64,000 nucleotides of DNA, taken from positions 24,277-88,276 of the forward strand of contig JACRDK010000030.1 in the NCBI GenBank assembly GCA_016218585.1. The letters are read 5' to 3'. Positions within the stretch are counted from its first letter, which is position 1. Every line of letters begins with the position of its first letter. The notes beneath the pieces were generated by a model that was given only the letters and a program-made list of their open reading frames with translations, was not told the origin of the DNA and searched no databases. Positions 1-7,670 of the stretch are shown here, in pieces. The translations under genes and the position numbers were made by a program. Source of the stretch: Candidatus Doudnabacteria bacterium. GTDB lineage: Bacteria > Patescibacteriota > Doudnabacteria > UBA920.

Positions 1-10
1 ATCTTCAGCT

Positions 11-1105
11 TTGGTAAAAGTTTTAAAAAGCGCAATTCCTTACGTTGCGGTGTTTGTAGTCGGTTTGTTTTTGTACTATTTCTTTTTTAGCAGCGTAAAT
101 TTTTCTTCCCTTTTGAGCTTTAAAAATAATACGCCGGCAACTCCAAAAGAAACCGCGTTGCAACAGTTGGAAAAGCAGGACTTAACCGCCTATAACAAAT
201 GGATTAGCGGTTTCTACTATGACGTTTCCGACGCAAAGGTTTTAGACCCGGAAACCGACAACTCCGGCAACGGCCTTTCTAACTTTCAAAAATATCTGTT
301 AAAACTCAATCCGAAATCTTACGATACTTTAGGTTTGGGTATGGCAGATAGCCAAGCCCTGGCTATGAATATTAGCCCGGTCTCCGGCGGCCAAATAACC
401 GATGCGCAAAAAGACATTATGTCCAAGTATGTTGATATGGAAGTGGTTATGAACCGCTTGGCCTTGTCTAATATGCAGAATCAGGGACGCGTAGCCGGCG
501 CCGCGGTTGGCAACAACACCTACTATAACGGCAGCACAAGCAGCAATAGCAACATTAACAATAATAACTATAACGGCAACTATAACAATAACAGCAATAG
601 CAATAATAACGGTTATAGCATCACCCCAACATCGGGCAGCGATGACATAGAAGTGAATACTTCTGTTGCGGGACGTTTGGAAATTCCGGACTTGAAAATT
701 TCCGTGCCGATTATGTGGACCTCCGACCCAAAAAACTTTGACAAAGATTTGCAATCCGGCGTTGTCCATTATCCGGGCACAGCTATGCCGGGACAGATTG
801 GCACTACTTATATTTCCGGACACTCCAGCAATTATGTTTGGGCGAAAGGAAGTTACAATAAAATTTTCTCCACCTTAGGAGATTTAGCGGACAACACATC
901 CTTTAAGATTACCGTGGTGCATAAAAACGGCAAAGTCGCCATATTCCATTACGTTGTTACTTCCAGGAAAGAATATTCTCCGACCGATCAGGAGCAGTTT
1001 AAAAATACCGGCAAGTCTATTGTGGCTTTGTCGACCTGCTGGCCGGTTGGTTCTACCGCCAAACGCTTAGTGGTTTTTGGCACCTTAACACAAGTAGAAA
1101 AATAA
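11..1105 (+). CDS. Sortase-family transpeptidase (membrane-anchored; Asn-rich low-complexity linker); possibly 5'-partial since the frame is open to position 2
   Basis: N-terminal TM segment IPYVAVFVVGLFLYYFFF. Sortase hallmarks: conserved His in ISGHSSNYVW, catalytic Cys in the TLxTC-type motif ALSTCWP, downstream Arg (AKRLVVFGTL). Asn/Tyr-rich tract NNNNYNGNYNNNSNSNNNGY between anchor and catalytic domain. TTG start at position 11. Confidence 0.7.
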   Translation: MVKVLKSAIPYVAVFVVGLFLYYFFFSSVNFSSLLSFKNNTPATPKETALQQLEKQDLTAYNKWISGFYYDVSDAKVLDPETDNSGNGLSNFQKYLLKLNPKSYDTLGLGMADSQALAMNISPVSGGQITDAQKDIMSKYVDMEVVMNRLALSNMQNQGRVAGAAVGNNTYYNGSTSSNSNINNNNYNGNYNNNSNSNNNGYSITPTSGSDDIEVNTSVAGRLEIPDLKISVPIMWTSDPKNFDKDLQSGVVHYPGTAMPGQIGTTYISGHSSNYVWAKGSYNKIFSTLGDLADNTSFKITVVHKNGKVAIFHYVVTSRKEYSPTDQEQFKNTGKSIVALSTCWPVGSTAKRLVVFGTLTQVEK

Positions 1106-1115
1106 TTTTTTATCT

Positions 1116-1155
1116 CCCTGACATAAATTACGCGGCCGCGTAATTTATGTCAGGG
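1116..1155. repeat. 40-bp perfect palindrome (ccctgacataaattacgc ggcc gcgtaatttatgtcaggg) centred on GCGGCCGC, at the junction between the sortase gene and a GC-rich island
   Basis: Read directly; the reverse complement of the left arm equals the right arm. No U-tract follows on either strand, so it is not a canonical intrinsic terminator. Confidence 0.6.
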
Positions 1156-1306
1156 ATGAGTTGATTTAAATAATATAGAGCGGGCGCGCCCGTGTTTATA
1201 ATCTGATTGTAAAAGGGTATTGTAAACATCGCGTGCTCGGCTCTCGGCCGACACATTCGTCGGCTCAGGCCGAGAACAATACAACAAAAGAAGAGGGGAT
1301 AAGACA

Positions 1307-2668
1307 GTGAATTTTGGACAACTGATTGCGATTCTGATGACCGTTCTGCTAATCGGCGGGGCTTTTCCCGTCGCGGCGCAGAGCCAACCGGTATCCACAC
1401 AAACCGCCCAGCCCCACCCGGGTGTCCGGGTGAGCGTGGAGAAGTTTCCGCTCATTCCGCCGGTACCGGGCCAGCGGCCGATTTATACGATCGGCCAGAT
1501 CGTATTCGCCGCCGAAGAAATATACAAAAGCGGCGTCAACGGCTCGTTTGTGAAGGCTTTTGGCCAGGCCAAGAGCCACGTTGAGCAGGCACAGGCAATC
1601 ATCTCCTTTGCCTCCAAAGAGTTGCTCGCGCAGCTCGAGGAGATGAAGAAGTCACCCGAAGGGCCGTTGCCGGAACCGGAGCAATATCAAGCGCTCAAGG
1701 ACCCGAAAGTGGCTTTGGACTACGCCGCTGTCAAACAATCGTTTGTGCCTTTTTCCGAATGGGGTGAAAGTCCTTTCGGAGAGGAAGTAACGGACTGGAA
1801 AGGTCTCTGTGAGACCTATCAGGATACCATGGCCGCGATGATCCAACGCACTAACTATTCACCTGCAATGAAGGTGGAATGGGCAGACGCGTTGGCTCAT
1901 GTGTGTGCCAACGGCCTTGACGGTCGCTACTCCAAGGTGGTGGATTTGGTTGACTGGCCGCTCTGGCAATGGACTACTGGTCGTACTGTTGGGACATCTC
2001 ATTCTGGAAACAGAATACCTGGTGTCAACGTGATGTACGTCGGTGGCCATGCTTCCGCCCTCTATCTCTACCTGCCCAAGTCGGCTACGGTAGTGATGCA
2101 CGGGTTCAAGTGCAAGGGGAATCCGATTGTTCCTTTCGTCATCGGTTCATTCCAGGTGACGAAGGAGACGACGAGGATTCCTGCCTGTTTGGGGCTTAAT
2201 GGCGATTCAGGCTTTGTCCAAACGGGCAAGACTGTTCGTTTCAGCGCTCACTTTGACAACCCTGCCGGAGTGCCTTTTGACTTCCGCTTCATCCTCACGG
2301 ACAAGCGGACCAGCAAAACCAAAGTGCTTGGTGAAAACCAGCCTGAGGTGACGTTGGAGCAGAAGGAGGCCGGCGAGTACGAGGTAAGTGTAACTGGCGA
2401 ATTCGAAGGGAAGCCAATACCAGCCTTGGGCTGTGTAATGGCTATCACCTTCGTTAAGCCCATTCCGCCGCCTCCGCCGACGTTTGTCACTACCACGCCT
2501 CCGCCGACAAGGCCCGCAATCGTTCCGCCGCCGCCCAAGAAGGGTGGGCACGGATGGATCTGGGTTCTTGTAGCGGCAGGTGCTGGCGCTGGCATTGGTC
2601 TGGCACTGATGGGTGGTGGAATTCGCAAGGATCCGGCAACTGCCGCTGGCACCGGCTGGAGACCGTAA
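1307..2668 (+). CDS. Hypothetical secreted, membrane-anchored protein: signal peptide, about 380-aa unknown domain, Pro-rich stalk (PPPPPTFVTTTPPPTRPAIVPPPP) and C-terminal TM helix; encoded in a roughly 58% GC island
   Basis: Long ORF with GTG start. N-terminal hydrophobic signal LIAILMTVLLIGGAFPVAAQ. C-terminal WIWVLVAAGAGAGIGLALMGG TM segment. Base composition is markedly higher in GC than all flanking genes. The 5' leader (1160-1300) contains several GC hairpins, and a T-tract hairpin follows at about 2680-2735. Confidence 0.6.
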   Translation: MNFGQLIAILMTVLLIGGAFPVAAQSQPVSTQTAQPHPGVRVSVEKFPLIPPVPGQRPIYTIGQIVFAAEEIYKSGVNGSFVKAFGQAKSHVEQAQAIISFASKELLAQLEEMKKSPEGPLPEPEQYQALKDPKVALDYAAVKQSFVPFSEWGESPFGEEVTDWKGLCETYQDTMAAMIQRTNYSPAMKVEWADALAHVCANGLDGRYSKVVDLVDWPLWQWTTGRTVGTSHSGNRIPGVNVMYVGGHASALYLYLPKSATVVMHGFKCKGNPIVPFVIGSFQVTKETTRIPACLGLNGDSGFVQTGKTVRFSAHFDNPAGVPFDFRFILTDKRTSKTKVLGENQPEVTLEQKEAGEYEVSVTGEFEGKPIPALGCVMAITFVKPIPPPPPTFVTTTPPPTRPAIVPPPPKKGGHGWIWVLVAAGAGAGIGLALMGGGIRKDPATAAGTGWRP

Positions 2669-2849
2669 TTCACTGTTCGTAAAAGCATTGGTGGTCGGGG
2701 AGAGGAGCAATCCTCTTTCCGACCTACCATTCATCAATTTTTAACTTTTTGGCTTAATTAAGGCAAGTAGTTAAAAACGGAAGAATAGTAGGTATTAAGA
2801 CAATTAAAAAAATAAACCTCTTATTTATAAGGTAAATCAATAAAAATTA

Positions 2850-2878
2850 TTGACAAACTTATAAAAAAAGTGTATAAT
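2850..2878 (+). promoter_or_regulatory. Consensus sigma-70-type promoter (TTGACA-N17-TATAAT) upstream of the giant surface protein gene
   Basis: ttgaca at 2850-2855, a 17-nt spacer, tataat at 2873-2878, within an extremely AT-rich 250-bp intergenic region. Confidence 0.55.
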
Positions 2879-2957
2879 TATAGGTTAATATAATAATAAG
2901 TAAATTTGTAATAATTAATTGGATAATTTAGAATTAGCTAATTAATAAGGCAAACAT

Positions 2958-5900
2958 ATGAACAACATTTTTTCTAAGTTAAGCATAAAGGTCTCTGGCG
3001 CAATTGGCGTTTCAATTTTTTTGGTTGCCATCGCCGTAATCGGTTTGGCTCCTAGACAAGCCACCATTAGCCGTGCTGATGGTTGCAGTCCGGTTTACAC
3101 CTCGCCGGTTTTTAACCCGTACCCTGTTACCTGGGAAGATTCCGCAGGTTATAACTGTACGGATTTTGCCGTTCTTTCCGGTAATGTCCAAGGCGCAGGT
3201 TTTTGGACTGATAATTTTCAGGCCCAGCCAGGCGACAGTATTAGCATGAGAATTTACGTGCACAACGGCGCGGGCAGCAATTCCGGCGCAGTTATGTACG
3301 GTGTTAATGTTAATACCAATATAGATACCACAACCGGAACCAGCCACGTAATTACTACTACTTTAAGCGCCAGCAATGCCGCTTCTAAAAGCGGTAGTGT
3401 GACTATTAATACTCCGGCCGGCAGCCACTTGGAATTAGTTTCCGGTGATACCAGCTTTGCGGTTGGCGATATGCAGCCGTGCTTTGAGTATTCGAAAGCT
3501 TTTCGGTTTACTTTGAAAGTCGTTGCTGATACTGTTGTTACTCCTCCTCCGGCAGAAACTGTAAGCGGGCAAATTTCCTCTTCTTTGGGAATTTGTAAAG
3601 CCAATGGCTTATACGATGCTAATGTTTCCTGGAATACTAACGCTTCCCAGGCCTTAGTCACTGTTTCCGATCCGAATTTAAACTCCGGCAACTATTACGA
3701 CAATGACAAAGTTTATAGCTACAGCAAAACTAGCAATGAAACCGCAAGTTGGTTAGCTCCTAATACCGCTTACCGTTTTACTTTGTGGTCAATTGACCCA
3801 AGCGGTACAGACCATAGCTTCCGCGACTTAAGCAATAACATTGTTAATGTTAAAGCTGTAAGACTTTATGAAACTTGGGTAACCGCCGGCGCTTCTTGCA
3901 GCCAGGTTACGCCTCCTCCGGCTAATGTTACCGGAACTATTTCCACTTCTCTTGGTATTTGTAAAGCCAATGGTTTATACAATGCCAACGTTTCCTGGAA
4001 TACCAATGCCACTCAAGGTTTGGTTACTGTTTCTGATCCTAACTTAAAATCCGGAGACTACTACGATAACGATAAAATTTATAGCACAGCCGAAACCAGC
4101 AACGAAACTGCTGATTGGTTAGCTCCGTTAACAGCATATCGCTTTACTTTGTGGTCAATTGACCCAAATGGCGTTAGCCACACTTTCCGCGATATGAGCA
4201 ACAATGTTGTAACTTACAAAGTTACCCGTTTGCAGGAATCTTGGGTAACCGCCGGCGCTTCTTGCGACCAGGTTACTCCTCCTCCGGCTAACATTACAGG
4301 AACTATTAATTCTTCTCTTGGCATTTGTAAAGCCAATGGTTTGTACAATGCCAACGTTTCCTGGAATACCAACGCGACTCAGCCGCTTGTTACCGTAAGC
4401 AACCCGCCTGCTAATTCCAATAATAACTACGACAACGATAAATTTTATAGCACCACTAAAACCGGTAATGAAACTGCTGATTGGTTAACCCCAAATACAG
4501 CTTATCGCTTTACTTTGTGGGCTATTGACCCAAATGGCGTAAACCACACTTTCCGTGATTTGAACAATAACGTTGTAACTTACAAAGTTACTCGTTTGCA
4601 GGAAACTTGGGTTACAGCCGGAAATACTTGTATAGATAACCCGCCGACTTATGAAAATGTTGTTTGTAGCGTAAGCCCATCTAACTTAAATGTTGGCCAG
4701 AGCGCTACCTTTACCGCAGACAAAGGCAATGGTACTTATGCTTGGTCTGTTACTGGAGGCTCAGTAACTTCCAGCAATCAAAAAACATTTATTAGCACCT
4801 TCAACAACGCCGGGGCATATATTGCCACCGTGTCCAGCAACGGCAAAACCGCCAGCTGTACTGTTCAGGTAGTTAATGACAATGTTTGTGTAGCAAACAC
4901 CAACTATTATTTAAACGCCACCGCTCCTGCAAAACAAGGAACGGGGTATACTGTAAAATTATCTTGGGGTTTTGATGGTAATCATCAAATTAAATTAACC
5001 CAGGTAAGCTCGGACGGTAGCGAATTAACTTTGGCTACCAGCCCGGACAAAACCGGAAGTTTAAATGTCTTTAATTTACAAGCAGGTAAAACTTATACAT
5101 TTAAAATGTATGATATTGACCCGACTTGTGGAAAGTTTTTAACTTCAACTCAGGTTGTAGTTCAGTCAAATCCGGATCAGTTAGTCTGTACATCCGATAG
5201 CTCTTCCTATAGAGTCGGCGACACCGCTGTCTTTAGAGCCAATGGCGGCAGCGGCAGTTATTCCTGGTCCGGCACCGGCAACCCGGTTTCCGGCACCGGT
5301 TCAGTATTTAATACTTCTTACAACACCGCTGGTAATAAGACTGTTACTGTAACCAGCGCCGACGGGCAAACCGCTCAGTGTAGCACAGTTGTTAATACTG
5401 TTGTTACTGAAAACGGCCAGGTTCGCTTAACCAAAGAAGTAAGAAACATCACCAACAGCGAAACTGCTTTTGCCCACGCGACCTCCGCCAAGCAAAACGA
5501 CACTGTTGAATATCGCATTAAAGTTTGGGCCGGCACTTCCGTAACCTTAACTAATGTTATAGTCAACGACAGCTTTGCTTCCGGTCTTTCTTACATAGAT
5601 AACTCTTTATTTGTAGACGGCACATCTCACGCGGCTGGTTTAACTTCCGGCGGCCTTACCTTTACTTCCGTTGGCCAAACGCCGTTGGTAATTATTTACC
5701 GCGCTAAAGTTACCGCCACTATGGGAACTATTGTAAACACCGCCCAGGCTGTAGCTTCCAACGCTACCAACACTGCTGTTGACCAGGCTTTGGTAAATGT
5801 TGCTTATGTTAATCCGGGACAGCCTTCCTTGTCTATTATTAAACAAGTGAAGAATGTTACCCAGAACACCAACTATGATACTTCGGTTTTGGCTAATAAA

Positions 5901-7289
5901 AATGACGTTGTTAAATACCAGGTCATTATAAAAAATGTCGGCCAAGCTACCGCCAAGAATGTTTTCTTTAACGACAGCAATCCAGCCCAGGTCCAGCCGT
6001 TAACCGGCCTTACTGTCTCCATTGCTTACACCGGCGGCATTCCTGCCGGAGTTGCTTTGGGTGATTTAGCCGCAGGCGCTACCGTGACTATTACTTATCA
6101 GGGAACTGTGAAAGTTGACAGCGGCACTATATTAAACGTAGCCACCGCTTCTTCCGACAACGCAACCAGCCAGAATGCTTCCGCAACAGTAGTTGTTAAT
6201 ACTCAAAACAACAACGGCGGCAACAGCAACTACAACTATTGCGTTAACTATTCCTGCAATACCACAATCAACAACACTACAAACACAACCAACACCACAA
6301 CCACAAATAATAACTACACTTACAACAACTACAGCTACGTTTACATTAACAGCACCGGCAATACTGTACCGGCTAATCAATATAGCCAGTTAAGCATTAC
6401 CAAATCTGTTAGAACTGTAAATAATGGTACTTACCAAAACAGCGTAAACGTAAACAATGGCGATACCGTTGAGTTCGAAATTGTGGTTACTAACTCCGGC
6501 AATCAAAACATAAACAATGTCCGCTTAACCGACAATTTGCCGAGCGGCTTGAATCTGGTAAACGGCAGCGTGCGCGTAGACGGATCTTACGTCTCCAGCA
6601 GCAACCTTTACAGCGGAATGTATTTGGGCAGTTTGTCTACCGGCCAGCAAAAGCGCATTAACTTCCAGGCCACAGTAAACAATTCTAATTCCAGCATTCA
6701 AAATATTGCTATGGTTTCCGGCGACAACGCTTCTTCCGTTCAGGATGATGCCTGGGTGTTTACAAATACGGGTTCTGTCCAGGGCGGCAATGTAAGCCTT
6801 ACTTACAGCAAGCGCGCCATTAACGAAACCAAGAGCCAGGACGCGACTTCTGTAGTTGCCTCCAAGGAAGATTACATTACCTACACCTTAACCGCTTCCA
6901 ACAACGGCAACACTCCGGCCAACAACTTCATTATTACCGATGATTTGTCCCAGGTCTTGCCATATGCCGACATTGTCGACAACGGCGGCGGCAGCGTGAA
7001 CGGAAATGTAATTTCCTTCCCGGGCCTTACTGTTCCGGCTTACGGATCTGTTTCCAGAAGCTTTAAAGTTAGAGTTAAATATTCTTTGGCTGATAACTTG
7101 GCCTATGTTATGACTAATACTTACGGCAACACCTTAAATATTAGAATTAATAACCCGCAGGTTTTGGGAGCCTTTGTTGCTCCGAAGACCGGTGCGGAAA
7201 CCGGCGCCTTTGCTTTCTCCGGATTGTTAACCGCCGCCGCAGCCTTGTTTAAGCGCAGAAAAGAAATTCTAAAGTTAATCTTCACCTAA
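2958..7289 (+). CDS. Giant cell-surface protein (1443 aa): signal anchor, three tandem roughly 120-aa repeats, multiple DUF11-like conserved-repeat domains, Asn/Thr-rich low-complexity region, C-terminal tripartite sorting signal (APKTG/AETG motif, hydrophobic stretch, KRRKE tail)
   Basis: N-terminal TM IGVSIFLVAIAVIGLA. Three near-identical repeats TPPPA..SLGICKANGLY.ANVSWNTNA...AYRFTLWSIDP. DUF11-like units such as VEYRIKVWAGTSVTLTNVIVNDSF, VKYQVIIKNVGQATAKNVFFND and VEFEIVVTNSGNQNINNVRLTDNLP. C-terminus FVAPKTGAETGAFAFSGLLTAAAALFKRRKEILK resembles LPXTG/LAXTG-type cell-wall sorting signals. Confidence 0.85.
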   Translation: MNNIFSKLSIKVSGAIGVSIFLVAIAVIGLAPRQATISRADGCSPVYTSPVFNPYPVTWEDSAGYNCTDFAVLSGNVQGAGFWTDNFQAQPGDSISMRIYVHNGAGSNSGAVMYGVNVNTNIDTTTGTSHVITTTLSASNAASKSGSVTINTPAGSHLELVSGDTSFAVGDMQPCFEYSKAFRFTLKVVADTVVTPPPAETVSGQISSSLGICKANGLYDANVSWNTNASQALVTVSDPNLNSGNYYDNDKVYSYSKTSNETASWLAPNTAYRFTLWSIDPSGTDHSFRDLSNNIVNVKAVRLYETWVTAGASCSQVTPPPANVTGTISTSLGICKANGLYNANVSWNTNATQGLVTVSDPNLKSGDYYDNDKIYSTAETSNETADWLAPLTAYRFTLWSIDPNGVSHTFRDMSNNVVTYKVTRLQESWVTAGASCDQVTPPPANITGTINSSLGICKANGLYNANVSWNTNATQPLVTVSNPPANSNNNYDNDKFYSTTKTGNETADWLTPNTAYRFTLWAIDPNGVNHTFRDLNNNVVTYKVTRLQETWVTAGNTCIDNPPTYENVVCSVSPSNLNVGQSATFTADKGNGTYAWSVTGGSVTSSNQKTFISTFNNAGAYIATVSSNGKTASCTVQVVNDNVCVANTNYYLNATAPAKQGTGYTVKLSWGFDGNHQIKLTQVSSDGSELTLATSPDKTGSLNVFNLQAGKTYTFKMYDIDPTCGKFLTSTQVVVQSNPDQLVCTSDSSSYRVGDTAVFRANGGSGSYSWSGTGNPVSGTGSVFNTSYNTAGNKTVTVTSADGQTAQCSTVVNTVVTENGQVRLTKEVRNITNSETAFAHATSAKQNDTVEYRIKVWAGTSVTLTNVIVNDSFASGLSYIDNSLFVDGTSHAAGLTSGGLTFTSVGQTPLVIIYRAKVTATMGTIVNTAQAVASNATNTAVDQALVNVAYVNPGQPSLSIIKQVKNVTQNTNYDTSVLANKNDVVKYQVIIKNVGQATAKNVFFNDSNPAQVQPLTGLTVSIAYTGGIPAGVALGDLAAGATVTITYQGTVKVDSGTILNVATASSDNATSQNASATVVVNTQNNNGGNSNYNYCVNYSCNTTINNTTNTTNTTTTNNNYTYNNYSYVYINSTGNTVPANQYSQLSITKSVRTVNNGTYQNSVNVNNGDTVEFEIVVTNSGNQNINNVRLTDNLPSGLNLVNGSVRVDGSYVSSSNLYSGMYLGSLSTGQQKRINFQATVNNSNSSIQNIAMVSGDNASSVQDDAWVFTNTGSVQGGNVSLTYSKRAINETKSQDATSVVASKEDYITYTLTASNNGNTPANNFIITDDLSQVLPYADIVDNGGGSVNGNVISFPGLTVPAYGSVSRSFKVRVKYSLADNLAYVMTNTYGNTLNIRINNPQVLGAFVAPKTGAETGAFAFSGLLTAAAALFKRRKEILKLIFT
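3540..4620 (+). repeat. Three tandem roughly 360-bp direct repeats, highly similar at nucleotide level, inside the giant surface protein gene
   Basis: Repeat starts at about 3540, 3900 and 4260 all read gttac(t/g)cctcctccggc...ggaactatt...tctcttgg(t/c)atttgtaaagccaatgg(t/c)ttatacaatgc; the protein units are about 120 aa each. Confidence 0.8.
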
Positions 7290-7299
7290 ACAAAATTGT

Positions 7300-7340
7300 A
7301 AAAACCCCGCCTTTGACTTGCTCAGGGCGGGGTTTTTGTT
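7300..7340 (+). terminator. Rho-independent terminator after the giant surface protein gene
   Basis: aaaaaccccgcc tttgacttgctca gggcggggtttttgttt: a 7-8 bp GC stem followed by a T-run. Confidence 0.8.
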
Positions 7341-7540
7341 TGGGCGCTTGTCAGATGAGTGTAATAACCCTGCCGGTGTCGCCCCGGAATTTTTAGCCTG
7401 CCCGCCGAAGCCTTGGCGAAGTTGGGGGTTGTAAAAATATTCGGGATCCGGAACTTGGCTTAAATACTGGATCCCGGCTCGGGAGCCGGGATGACACCAG
7501 GCTTAGGTTATTGGACTTACGTCTTGCCTGCTTGCATATT
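7341..7540. ncRNA. Candidate structured non-coding RNA of unknown family (GC-rich, multi-hairpin element between a terminator and the next promoter)
   Basis: A roughly 200-nt GC-rich block in an AT-rich intergenic region. Nested helices: cgggatcc...ggatcccg; cccggctc g gagccggg; caggc..gcctg; long-range pairing aataacc/ggttatt and ggtgtc/gacacc enclosing a multi-stem junction. The only ORF (7393-7587 minus) is low-complexity and improbable. No match to SRP RNA, tmRNA, RNase P or tRNA motifs that I could recognise. Confidence 0.35.
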
Positions 7541-7670
7541 TTTTTCCAGATGTTATGATATATACAAATCAAAAAACAAATGAACAAGCGGCAAAATATG
7601 TGCCGTTTTTATTATAAGTAGGATTTTTTTATACCTAGCATCTGTTATCTAATATCTAACATCTAAATTT

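Noticed and set aside
329-823. Minus-strand 164-aa ORF and many other antisense ORFs in the track (e.g. 2207-2737, 3012-3691, 10116-10577, 22093-22668, 41886-42440, 47554-47865)
   Set aside because: They lie fully inside long, well-supported + strand genes, have low-complexity or repeat-derived translations, and have no start or RBS context. They are treated as shadow ORFs.
7341-7540. Possible identity of the structured element as SRP RNA, tmRNA, 6S RNA or a tRNA
   Set aside because: I found no GGAAGCAGC-type SRP helix-8 motif, no tmRNA 3' tRNA-like end (GGTTCGA.TCC...CCA) and no tRNA T-loop. 6S cannot be judged by eye. It is left unassigned.
7393-7587. Minus-strand 64-aa ORF in the GC-rich intergenic block
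   Set aside because: Its translation is Pro/Ser/Arg-rich low complexity. The region is better explained as structured RNA.
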